The notes beneath the pieces were generated by a model that did no database searches, had not been told where the DNA came from, and was given only the letters and a program-made list of their open reading frames with translations. Positions 27,424 to 38,570 of a DNA stretch of 64,000 nucleotides are shown here, in pieces. The stretch is from Schizochytrium sp. TIO01. Lineage: Eukaryota; Protista; Bigyra: Labyrinthulomycetes. The stretch spans positions 4,908,845-4,972,844 of the forward strand of contig SMSO01000014.1 in the NCBI GenBank assembly GCA_004764695.1, written 5' to 3'. The translations under genes and the position numbers were made by a program. Position 1 is the stretch's first letter, and each line of letters begins with the position of its first letter.

Positions 27424-30400
27424 TTTGATTCTCATTACTATTCTTAATAATTCTGATTCTTATGCTTATTCTGATCTTCTGTGCGTATTTGTGTCTACGA
27501 TGGTACTCAAAGAAGAAGAAGGGTTTCAGAATAAGGATAGCAGGCGGTGGATTTATATCTTGAAGCAGTAGCACGTAGGTAAGTATTCGTATTGTGGAAC
27601 TTTGTTCGGCATGCACGTCGTTATGGAGCCCTTTTGTGCCTCCAATTGCAGACTTCGTTCGGACAAATCGCTGGCCATCATAAGACGGAGCCCGCCTGCG
27701 AGTTCAGTTTCCAGGCCTAACGTCAAGCCACAGACAGAAGAAGAAGCAGGATCGAAGCCTTCCTTCGTTCTGATTCGTTGCCGATTTCGATCAGGTCAGC
27801 AAAGTGAGGGCTTTGGTTGGTTCGCGCGTTTACGGAGACTCTTTTGGAGGATCACGGTGATTGACCCAAAGCATCGAGAGAACCCAAGAGATGATAGGCA
27901 CTCACTCACTCACTCACTCTCAAACGGATGATCTTGCGTGAGGAATTAGAGGCAGGCAATCACGTGCTCTGCAGCATCTGCACAGATCTGCCTTTGCCTG
28001 ACTTGACAGACAATGAGTGCGAACGGCATCACGGCCTGCAGGCCTGGGAAACAAGTAAAGTCGACGCCATGGGAGCGATCGAGCGATGGAAGAGTCATTT
28101 GCGGGTTCCGGTTGATTGCTCTGAGGCGGTATTCTGGAGCATGCAGCAGCGTAGAGCTGAGATGCATAACGGCCTTACGACCCATTAGTGCATTGTTATT
28201 TGATAAGAGCAGGTGATACGAACAGGAGAAAGAAGCGCCCTCAGAGTGCTCCTCTTATTTAGGCCAGGCATCCTTTGCTGGAAGCACCCGAACTACGGCC
28301 TGCGACTCGGACAGCCCTTTTGAGAATGAGATGAGAGCACTGCGCTGCTGCTGCGATGCCACAGGGAAAATAAAAATGCAAAGATAGCGGTTGCGACTGT
28401 TGGGTTGACTATCCAGGTCACACGCAAATATGATGTACAGGAAGTGAGCACGGTGCTAAAAATGAATGGGAGCTTGCGATCCTGTTGTCGAAAATTGCAA
28501 TGCGCCCGGCTATCTTACGTGATGTTAATAGAACAAGCTTGCTCCAGGGCAGAAAGAGCCGATTATTGCTCAGAAAACCCTGGCATTCGCCTCGTCTGGC
28601 GTGCGCCCCTTTCTTGCTATCAAGGTAGCTGCTGTCCGCATCTTACAACTAGTCCAAATGGATTGCATACAAAGAGCCTTGGTTAGGTGTCGACCTTCGC
28701 CAAGGCCGTGAGACTGATCATATTGAACAGGATTGAAATGTAATATAAATTCGTATTTTAACGTTAAAATCAACTTGTAGTCCATCGGGTGGCTATGACT
28801 AAGTACCTGATCACTGCTTGCCTTGTCAATTTGCGATCAACTTCACCTTCACAGAAAATATTGGTACAAGTACAGGAAAATCGCGGGATTTTACTGTCGT
28901 GAAAGTTCCCTTTTTTCAGAATCATACTATAATACGTTTAGCCCATATGCATACCTGGCAAGCTGTGATAATAGAGGACAAGTATACCCCACGTCCATCA
29001 TAATGGTCTGGTGTGAATACGTCGGACGTAGTGTTGGGTTTTGAGCAATGGCTTTCAGTTGCCATTTGAGCTCAATTTAGAGATTTGAGGGGAAATTTTA
29101 ATAGCATTAGGTTTCAATCATTCAAGCGTCATGTGTCCGAAAGTAGAGAGGAAACTCAAGTGCAACTTGAACAACTTAAAACTTTAAAAAAGGATATTAT
29201 TGTACGAAAGTTCCTCGCGAAGAATGAACTCATAAAGTGCAGGAAAACTTTATTCTTATATTTTGCCTTTGTAAAACCGTATATATCACTACTTGACCGT
29301 AGACCTCCCTCAAATGGAAGGACATTTCATGGAAGACTTAACTACTATCCCATCCTTGTATTTTTACATTTCGAATGTAGTTGTATTTATTTCTTTGTGT
29401 TTTTCTCTTTTTTAATAGCATTTTCCCCATTCGCGAGTGTCTATCAACGCGGGTATCAACCAGAAAGTAATTTCGGCCTTCTTTAAATACAAACATAAAA
29501 GTAAATCTAAACTGAATGTGCCCGTTACTTCACCGGGGGGATTTAGACTAGGACTTCACGTCTAGTAATTTGCTATAATAAAATCCGTTACTTTTTTTTA
29601 AACTCGGGAAAGAAGGATAAATATAAGTATATAGGTACTGGCTGCAGGATCGTTTTTATAACAGAATGCGGGAAACCGTGTTCTTTTGATTTCAATTCAA
29701 GCAGCGTCCTTTCATCAACCAGCACTGGCACGAAACAACAGCTGTGTAAACTCAGTGGCTCGATTAGCACGCTTTGTTTGCAGCTCTGAAATAAGTAAGA
29801 TTAGTAAAGCTGCTTCCTACAGAGAACTTGACTCAAGGATAGTAAAAATCCTCATCTTGAGTGCGCTAGCCAATGCCCTGTTGGCTTACATTGAGACAGT
29901 AGGCGGATTTCTACATCTGAGAGTTGTACATGAGACCTTGCGAGCTAACTTTGTTGTCTTGTTCGCAGAAATGATGACTGTCTAAACGAAATGAACAAAT
30001 AGGCATCTACGCTAAACAGACACTAACCGTGCTAAGTAAGCAATTATTATTGTCTTCAGATGCAGAAGGTGTGAGATGATTTTGCTCATCGCCCTTTGTT
30101 GAAATGAACACACCATCAGATTGAAGCAACAGGTGACATCTGGGAATGCAGTTTCGCCTCTTTTGCTGGAAGTCCACAGCTTATATTCTTTTATCCCTGT
30201 AGATAATAGCTCAGTCAATTTGGAAGAGTGCCAAGAGAGAGAACTTATGCTATAGTATCTAAAATCTAGGCATACTCTCGTGGACAAAGCGGTAGATGAA
30301 GTCAGAAGCAGTCAGGGAAAGTGCCCAAAACCCTCTTTGCAGACGCCCTACCAACACTAACAGTAGCCCTTTCCTCATACAACATCAACATAATTAGAGC

Positions 30401-31855
30401 TAACTGAAGCGGAGCAACTCGAAGTTCCTATTTTAATTAGACTGCTCTACTTTTATGTTATTTGCTCGCAACGGATTTTTTCCACACCGTTCAGAAAGCT
30501 TGCATGCCTCGATTACTATCTGGTGAGGACTATCATAAGAACAACCCTCCAGTGGCATGTCATTTTGTCCGTGCGTTCAGCTTATCCCAGCTATGTTCCT
30601 GCCTATGGCCAATCAAATCGACGCCCTCTCTCTACCCGAGCGTGAGCAACCTCTTTAGAGGCCTAAATTTTGCGCGTGGCGTCACGGCAGTGCTCAATTG
30701 TTAATTTTCTATTATAAAGATCCGTTGAACCACTTATATTGCTTCCTCTTGCGCCAAAATACTCAATGCCAAAATCTCCTTCGTGTGCACCCGCGCTGAG
30801 CTAAAAATAGTGCCTTTCGCGAGCTTGTAACGTTGATTCCTGCTCCACTCCTTCCTATTCGCTCAGCTCATCATTACATAGTCAGCTTACAACTTCTCGT
30901 ATGGCAAACTATTTGGTCACCTACTTCCTTTCATGAGTGTAGCTGCTTGCTTGCTAAGTGATAATATAGTACATTCCTAATTGCGTGCTGCCTGGACCGC
31001 TTGCCTGGTTATATTCCCCGCTAAGTACTCTTCAACCTTGGTAACATTGGTCAAAACCACCTCCTGCTTTGGTGGCGGAGGCAAAGCGCGCGAGGCAGCC
31101 CGCACGCCGATACGAACGGCGTGCTTTGGTGGCGCTGCTCTCACGAGTTAAGTCCCCGACTTCCTTGATACTATAAAGTCTGCTGCTCAGAGGTTTTACT
31201 TGCACCAGCTCGCCTCGAGTAGAATAGCGCAAGCGGCAAAGCTAGCACGCCTTTGCTTTGTTTGGTTTCTTCGCAGTGTATGGGCAATCACAGTTTGAAC
31301 CCTGCCAAGGCGAGACAACCTCGGATTCACATCATACAGCACCATCAATAGTTGGACTGTTAAAAAAAGATCAGCAAACTTTGCATGTGTTAAGCTGTGA
31401 GCTGATCAAGCCTTCTACTTCACCAAGCTTTAATATTTACATCCAATCAGATTAAGAAGTATAAAACGAACGACTCTGACCAGCAGCCGATTTGTCATCG
31501 TGCTGAGGTGTTGTTTGGGTTGGTGAGAATACATTGCGATTTACAGTAAATATACGGAGATTCCTTTGCGTATCACCTAGCCTTCTCTTCAAGGACGAAT
31601 ACATTCTTTTTGTAGTTTCAGCGGACCAGAGGCAGCTTTGAGAATACAATCTTTAGTGCCCTTATCTTGCAAGAGTTTCTGTGGCGGTCAACACCAGTTC
31701 TACACATTGCTGCTGCTGCTGCTTCGGCAGCAGCAGGCATAAAGCACTACCATATTTTCGGGCGGCTATTCTCATTCTGTCTCTTTCTGTGTGCTTGGAA
31801 GCGACTATTAATAAACCGTGGTCGGCGATTTCAGGAAAATTAGCTCTTCAAAACT

Positions 31856-34800
31856 ATGGCGTCTCATCATAAGCCCGAAGCCAGGGTGATCAATTTAAAT
31901 GTCCTGAAGCCTGCTCATGAGGTTGTTCAAGCGCCAGAATTACATAACAAAGACAACTCCATTCGTACCTCACAATATACAATTTGGAATTTCCCATTCC
32001 TCAATTTATACAAGCAGTTTCATCGTGCTGCAAATGTTTATTTTCTCCTCATCATGTTTTTGCAAATGTGGGAAGAAGTAAGCATCACTCGGGGAGAACC
32101 ATCTATGGCTTCACCTTTAGCGTTTGTGCTTCTTGTGACCGCTATCAAAGATGCATTGGAAGACTATACAAGGCACAAGTATGACAGAATAGAAAACAGT
32201 CGACCTGTCAAAGTACTGGAGAGCATTGATCCTGCATCTGGGGAGATGCATTTTGCTACCAGAACATGGAGTTCTTTAAAACCCGGATCTGTGGTACGCT
32301 TGAAAAACCGTGAGATGGTGCCAGCTGACATTGTGCTTCTCAAGTGTGAAGATGAAGAAAGCCAGGTTGTTTATGTCATGACTGCAGGGCTCGATGGCGA
32401 AACGAACCTTAAACAGCGCCAAGTAGCTGCAGAAATGCCAAAAGACCTCCGAAGGTTTGATGATTCATGTACAATCAAATGTAATCAACCTAACAAAATC
32501 CTCGATAGCTTTGATGGTGCGCTTTCACACGAGCTCAATCAGGTGGGTGTGCAAATCCCTCTTACTGCGAACAATATCCTTCTCAGAGGCTCACAAATTC
32601 GAAATTCAGCCTGGGCTATTGGAGTCGTTGTTTACTCCGGCGAGGATACTAAAATTCAATTAAACTCCTCGTCAGCCTCTTTCAAGACAAGTTCAGCAAT
32701 GGGCTTAGCGCAGCAGCTCATGATCTATATTTTTGGTGTACAAATCATCTTATGTCTGTGTGCAGCAATTGCATCAGGAATACACATTTCCAGCATCGAA
32801 GAATACTTTTATTTGTGGAGCGCGGACTCAAAAGAATTTGCAGCTGAAATGTCCCTCCGCTTCTTCAACTATGTGATCATCTTCACCAATTTCATTCCTA
32901 TTTCACTACTCGTAACCATCGATATGGTGAAATTTGGTCAAAGCTTCTTTATTTCATGGGACTTAGGAATGTTCCATGAACCAACGGAGCAGTTTGCCAA
33001 GGTCAACTGCTCAGAGTTGAACGAAGAACTCGGGTGCATTGAACATGTTTTTACCGATAAAACCGGTACATTGACCGCAAACATCATGAAGTTCAAAGCC
33101 TGCGCCACCTTACTTAGCCATTTTGCTGTGGAGGACGAAGCCAATCTTAAACTTCAAGCAAAAGACCCCCTCGATGCTGCAGCGCTACGACAATTCTGGT
33201 TGTCTCTTGCTCTAAATCATTCTGTCATTCCAGAGAAGCTCGAAAATGGGGAGATCATCTTTTCGGCATCCTCTCCTGACGAAGGTGCATTGGTACACGC
33301 ATGCAAGGCTAATGGTGTCCATCTTCACTCTCGAGGCCCGAAATCAATCACTCTCACGATTGACCCTGCGTCTGATATGGGATCTAATCGTTCCTTCATT
33401 AATCCTGCTCAGTCCCACAATGTAGAATTCAAAGTTCTTTGTGTTTTAGACTTCACAAGCAATCGCAAACGCTCGTCTGTAGTTGTGGAGCTTCCCGGCA
33501 CCAGTGAAATTGTGCTCTACTGCAAAGGTGCTGATAACGTGATCCTGGATCGTTTGCAGCGAAGCAGTCGCAGCTCTGATACAACACGGCATGTTTTTGA
33601 GCATCTAAACAGCTTTGCAACTTCGGGCCTGAGAACACTTTGTCTCGCGAAGAGGTCGATTCCACGGAGTGAATTTGAACGTTGGTTTGAACGTTTTACT
33701 GAAGCGTCCGTTAGTTTGCACGATCGCACAAAGCGTATTGAGGATCTCTACGGAGAAATTGAAGTTGAGCTTGAACTAATTGGTTGTACTGGGATCGAAG
33801 ACAAACTTCAGGAAGAAGTGCCAGAAACCATTTCAGCTTTGCGTAAAGCAGGAATTAAAGTGTGGATGCTTACTGGAGATAAGGTTGACACCGCAATCAA
33901 TATTGGGTTTTCGTGCTCACTTTGGACTCATAAGATGGAACTCTTGTTTCTTTTATTCGAAGATACCCCTTATCAAGAGCTTACTGAAGAACTAGTTCGA
34001 GAGCGCCTTCACCAGCTTACAAAACAGCTTGAAACAAATCCCCCACCCAAGCAGTTGTATTGCTTTGTCGTGGACACAAAAGCTGTCTATGCTTTGGATC
34101 ACTTCAAAATGATGCCAGCTTTTCTCAAAGTTGCAAATATGTGCGAATCTGTAATTTGCGCCAGGGTAAGTCCGGATCAAAAAGCTACTATTGTTCAGGG
34201 AATCAGAGACTCAGATCGACAGATCAAGACACTTTGTATTGGCGATGGAGCAAACGATGTGCCAATGATTCAGTCAGCGCATGTTGGCATTGGTATCTAC
34301 GGACAGGAAGGCTTACAAGCAGCAAACGCAGCAGACTTTGCCATTGCACGATTTAAGTTTTTGCATCGCTTGCTTTTTGTGCATGGACGCTGGTCTGCAC
34401 GGCGCGTCGGTGTTCTTGTGTGCTATATGTTTTACAAGAACGCAGTCCTTGTTTTGCCTCAATTCTTCTTTGCTTTTATTTGTCTTGCTAGTGGTGAGCC
34501 TATTTATCTTGATTACCCTCTCTATCAAGGCTACAACCTTATTTACACAGCCTTGCCAATTATCGCCTTTGGCATGTTTGATAAAGACGTGTCTCAAGAA
34601 TGGAGTATTGCCACTCCAAGTTTATACGGTGCTGGGTCTTTGAGAAATGGGAAGGCTGAATTTCTTTCTAAGAGAATATTCTGGCAGTGGATTGGAGAAG
34701 GTTTTATTCATGCGACTCTCATCGTTGCTGTTTGCTCCATGCTTCTCGATAAGTCTCCAGGAAATGTAACTTCTCAGGATGGTAAAACCCATGGAATTTG

Positions 34801-35197
34801 GTACTATGGGGCAACCATCCATCTCTGTGTTTGCACTGTGGTCACATTGCGTTTGCTTATCATCAACAAAACGATTTCTAAAATCATGCTAGCGACTTAT
34901 TTCGTCTCATTTCTTCTTTGGATCGCCACTCTCTACATTTGGTCCGAGACCAAAACATTTCCTGAACTGCTCTCATCTTCTTCAAACGCGTTTGGCATTG
35001 TTAAAATGCTTCAAGACAGTGGTATGTGGGCCACTTTCATTGTGACTTCAGTTGCTGCAATATTGCCTTCATTTGTTCTACTATCATACCGAGAAATCTT
35101 CAATCCGACAGAGGCTGACCTTACTAGACAACGAGAACATAACCTTTGTCGGCATGGAAAACCAGGTACGGTTCATCCGACAACTCCCGCAAATTGA
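31856..35197 (+). CDS. P4-type ATPase (phospholipid flippase, ATP8A/Drs2-like), intronless
   Basis: 1113 aa with DGETNLK (A domain), PISL (TM4), NEELG..DKTGTLT (phosphorylation site), ASSPDE, KGAD, GLRTL, WMLTGDK, GDGANDV, FYKN and multiple TM helices. Confidence 0.97.
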   Translation: MASHHKPEARVINLNVLKPAHEVVQAPELHNKDNSIRTSQYTIWNFPFLNLYKQFHRAANVYFLLIMFLQMWEEVSITRGEPSMASPLAFVLLVTAIKDALEDYTRHKYDRIENSRPVKVLESIDPASGEMHFATRTWSSLKPGSVVRLKNREMVPADIVLLKCEDEESQVVYVMTAGLDGETNLKQRQVAAEMPKDLRRFDDSCTIKCNQPNKILDSFDGALSHELNQVGVQIPLTANNILLRGSQIRNSAWAIGVVVYSGEDTKIQLNSSSASFKTSSAMGLAQQLMIYIFGVQIILCLCAAIASGIHISSIEEYFYLWSADSKEFAAEMSLRFFNYVIIFTNFIPISLLVTIDMVKFGQSFFISWDLGMFHEPTEQFAKVNCSELNEELGCIEHVFTDKTGTLTANIMKFKACATLLSHFAVEDEANLKLQAKDPLDAAALRQFWLSLALNHSVIPEKLENGEIIFSASSPDEGALVHACKANGVHLHSRGPKSITLTIDPASDMGSNRSFINPAQSHNVEFKVLCVLDFTSNRKRSSVVVELPGTSEIVLYCKGADNVILDRLQRSSRSSDTTRHVFEHLNSFATSGLRTLCLAKRSIPRSEFERWFERFTEASVSLHDRTKRIEDLYGEIEVELELIGCTGIEDKLQEEVPETISALRKAGIKVWMLTGDKVDTAINIGFSCSLWTHKMELLFLLFEDTPYQELTEELVRERLHQLTKQLETNPPPKQLYCFVVDTKAVYALDHFKMMPAFLKVANMCESVICARVSPDQKATIVQGIRDSDRQIKTLCIGDGANDVPMIQSAHVGIGIYGQEGLQAANAADFAIARFKFLHRLLFVHGRWSARRVGVLVCYMFYKNAVLVLPQFFFAFICLASGEPIYLDYPLYQGYNLIYTALPIIAFGMFDKDVSQEWSIATPSLYGAGSLRNGKAEFLSKRIFWQWIGEGFIHATLIVAVCSMLLDKSPGNVTSQDGKTHGIWYYGATIHLCVCTVVTLRLLIINKTISKIMLATYFVSFLLWIATLYIWSETKTFPELLSSSSNAFGIVKMLQDSGMWATFIVTSVAAILPSFVLLSYREIFNPTEADLTRQREHNLCRHGKPGTVHPTTPAN

Positions 35198-35988
35198 ATT
35201 GTTTGATAGCACATTAGGAATTTGTGTTGTTCACTTTTTCTCAACTCATGTGACCATTCCTTTATTTGACATTGTGATTTGAAGATATAACCTCAACTTC
35301 TCTATATTATGTTTCTCCTCCTAACCAGCATCAGAATCATATTTTTCTATCTCTTATGATTGTATAATAAAATCATACGTTTGGAACTATTATATGCTAT
35401 TTCATTAGTTTCATCTATTCCATTTAATTACATTTAAAGTCATAGAAATGCTTTACAAAACTACCACATGTCATAATCGTTCAACCTGCTTTCGCTTTCG
35501 ATATTTTTGCGGCGGCAACCAATATTTCTGAGCAGAGAGTGCAAACCTATTAAATTCTCCTCTTTTTTCAAATCCCTCATGCGATCTTTACGTGCTCCTT
35601 CTCAATCCTTTTAATATATCGAAGCCTCATCTTTAGCGTAGTACCTAGAACTTACTATCCTTGAGATGCTCGTAACGGGTCTCTGCACTAATTGCCATCT
35701 ACTTAAAAAAAAAAAAAAAAGAAACAGAAGTCTTTCAGACTTTAAGTACATAGTACTTGCTATTACTTATTACTTACATATACGATGTCTAAAAATCAAA
35801 AATCAGGAATTAAAAGAAAAGAAAAAGGAAAAGGAGGAAAGCATACCTACTTAATAGTTCTTGAACAAACAAACTGAAGAAACCCCTCGACAGCTTGTGC
35901 ACGCCTGCGCTTTGTAAAATTCGTTCGAGAGGTCTGAGGGCCACCAAGAATTTCGTTTGGGGGTGTGGGTGTCTAGCTCGGAGGAACC

Positions 35989-37263
35989 ATGGACGAGGCA
36001 GTCCGGATTATTGACCAGAGCTTGGCGCTGCTGTCTCGACCGCACGTGCTTGTCCCGGAGGAAGAGGAGGAAGAAGAAGAAGAAGAAGAAGAAGACGGAG
36101 AAGAAGAAGGAAATGGCGAAGACTCCGATGTGGAGAGTTCACCCAACCTTGACGATGACGAGGGTGATGAAGAAGAAGAAGACGCTGACAACAGAGAGGA
36201 GGAAGATAATGATAAACAAGAGAGAAGAGACAGAGAGGAACAACGGCAACTCTACTATCAGCACCAACAAACACAGCAAGAAGAACCCCGTAAATCCAAG
36301 TTTCGCAGCAACGAATCTGGAAATCTTGGTATTCGTAGCGCATCCCTTGGGCCAGAAGATAGAGAAGTTACTGAAGGGAAAACTTTTGTGACAACGCCAA
36401 CACGTGACAGAAGGAATGACACAGAGGAGGAACTCATGCATGTAAGGGATCGGGGACAGAGGCCTGCAACCTCGTCGAGCTCTGGAGGTACATTCAGTGT
36501 GAAAAAAAGCAACAAGAATGTGTCAACAACAGAAGATCATCTTTTGGCAAGGAGGCCACAGACTGCACCTCGACGACTTGAGTTTCGAGATGACGCGGTC
36601 TCAGCAATTACAGGCCAGCTGCTGACAGTCCAAGCACAATGCAGGGCGCTTGAGGACGACAAAGCGCACCTTGAGGATCTACTGAAAGCATTAAACCGCT
36701 TTATGCCTCCTCAGCCTCCACCAACGCAAGGTCAGATATCCCTTGAAAAGGCTCTTGCAGCTTTGGATAAGGAGGTGGATCTTAAAGTTTCTCGTTTGCC
36801 GAAAGCCAAGCCACCTCGCCGTAGTTCAACCCCCCGAACAGTAACGCCTCCCCATCGCCAGCTACAGTCCCCGGCTACAGAAAAGGTCCTAGTCAATCGT
36901 GAAAAGGTTCAAGTCCTTGTGGAGAATGCCCGTGAAGCTCGCTCGCAGGTGGCAAACCTCAAGGTTCTGCTTTCTGGAAGCGTTGAGACACAATCCGAGC
37001 TTGAGGATACTTTACAACATGCTAAGCAAGAACATGCTAAACGAGTAAGTGAGCTAGAAGCACAAGTCCATAGCGCACGAGAAGCTGCTTCCGCAGCACG
37101 TGCAGCTAGGTCACCTCGTGCAGAGCGACCAACATTGACGTTTGTTGACGAGGATAAGGTGCATCGACTTGAGGCTGAAATCGCTAGGGTTAAAGAGCAA
37201 TATTTGCGACTTTACGAGTATTGTCAGGAACAAGAAGAACACGCAAGGTCTTCTGGTTATTGA
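35989..37263 (+). CDS. Hypothetical protein with an acidic Glu/Asp-rich N-terminus and C-terminal coiled coils
   Basis: 424-aa ATG-to-stop ORF with a poly-E tract, RPATSS and RPQTAP motifs, and heptad-rich segments. Confidence 0.85.
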   Translation: MDEAVRIIDQSLALLSRPHVLVPEEEEEEEEEEEEDGEEEGNGEDSDVESSPNLDDDEGDEEEEDADNREEEDNDKQERRDREEQRQLYYQHQQTQQEEPRKSKFRSNESGNLGIRSASLGPEDREVTEGKTFVTTPTRDRRNDTEEELMHVRDRGQRPATSSSSGGTFSVKKSNKNVSTTEDHLLARRPQTAPRRLEFRDDAVSAITGQLLTVQAQCRALEDDKAHLEDLLKALNRFMPPQPPPTQGQISLEKALAALDKEVDLKVSRLPKAKPPRRSSTPRTVTPPHRQLQSPATEKVLVNREKVQVLVENAREARSQVANLKVLLSGSVETQSELEDTLQHAKQEHAKRVSELEAQVHSAREAASAARAARSPRAERPTLTFVDEDKVHRLEAEIARVKEQYLRLYEYCQEQEEHARSSGY

Positions 37264-37566
37264 GTTACATAGGTTTGTAAGAGTTGGGAAAGCGTCTGCA
37301 GCACTATACTACATAAAGTAACTTACACTTTTAAATGGATGGACATTGATAGAACAGAAAAATAAATTCATGGACTACGCCACCCATAACATTCTTAGTG
37401 TATGTGCAGTGTGCTCTGCATTTCAATAGCGAATAAGCTTCAATAATCTGATGGACATTTTCACGAGAAAAAGACCTCATAGTTAGCAGGCCCTTGCAGA
37501 AGGTTCTTAAACGGAGCTTTCCAAAGGATGGGAGGCGTAATGATGTATTTTATTTGATTAATTTCA

Positions 37567-38570
37567 CTATTTGAGATTCATTTGACGGAACATATCTGGA
37601 TTGAGATCAGCAGGGGTCTTGCCAAGAGCGTTTTTCATTTTAAGAGCAGATGTAGCCCCATGGGAGATTAATAGTTCTGCAAACTCGCGATGCCCACGTT
37701 CAAAAGCAAAGTGGAGAGGTGTGTTTAACCTTAGATTTGTCATCATTGGATCAGCACCATTCTCCAGGAGTATTCGTGCCATGTCAACAGAACCTGGCCA
37801 CGCAGCGTGCATAAGGGGTGTTGAACCATTGCGATCTTTCTCATCCACAACTGTCTTGATAAATGTAGCTCGGTCCATCTCATCCCGTATCGATGCAAGA
37901 AGCTCCCCCATTTCTTCCAGATTACCAGACTTTGTAGCGTTGGAAAGTTGTCCTTTCGTATAAACCTCTCTGGCTGACATACGCCGTGATCCCCGTGCTG
38001 AGCTACGCCTTGAACGAGTTGTACGTGAACTAGCCCTGGAGCGAGATGTTTTAGCTGCACTATCTGATCGATTCAATGAGACAGATGAGATAGGCTCCTT
38101 ATCAGTCGGGGGGGATAAGACAGAAGTATCATTAGGCGATGGACGAGTTCTTGTGTTTGCATTAGGTGCGTTGTCCACATGTTGTACTGCCACTTTTGAG
38201 TTACTTGAATTACCGGTTTCTAGGCTAGCTTTGCGTATTACAGACTCGTTTACCTCACTCTGTACAGTTCCTGAGCGACTTGGTCGCTTTGAGTAAGTAC
38301 TGCTGTCTCCTCTCTCAATTGTCACAGGTGGCATCTTGGTGCGTTTCATTGAAGCATTCTTCGCTCTGGTACTGCTTAGATCAAGAGTAGGCGGGAAAGC
38401 GCTTCCTTCATCAGAAGTTTTATTCTCAGAAACTCTCGTTGTTTTCTCGTTCGTCGCGTTCTCTGGAAGATCCATTTCTCGAGGGCTAATGCTCGAGCTG
38501 TTTGCGTTTAGATCCAGCGAAGAAGGTATCGCCAATGGCTTAATATTTGTGATACTACGATCCTTCTTTT
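37567..38570 (-). CDS. Ser-rich linker plus C-terminal ankyrin repeats; probably the 3' part of the gene starting at 40283
   Basis: GSTPLMHAAWPGSVDMARILLENGAD and NTPLHFAFERGHREFAELLISHGA are ankyrin repeats. The ORF-track start is TTG, and the frame is open upstream through the overlap with the 591-aa ORF. Confidence 0.85.

Noticed and set aside
29519-29575. tRNA-like fragment (cgggggg atttagactaggac)
   Set aside because: No intact T-loop or cloverleaf could be built on either strand
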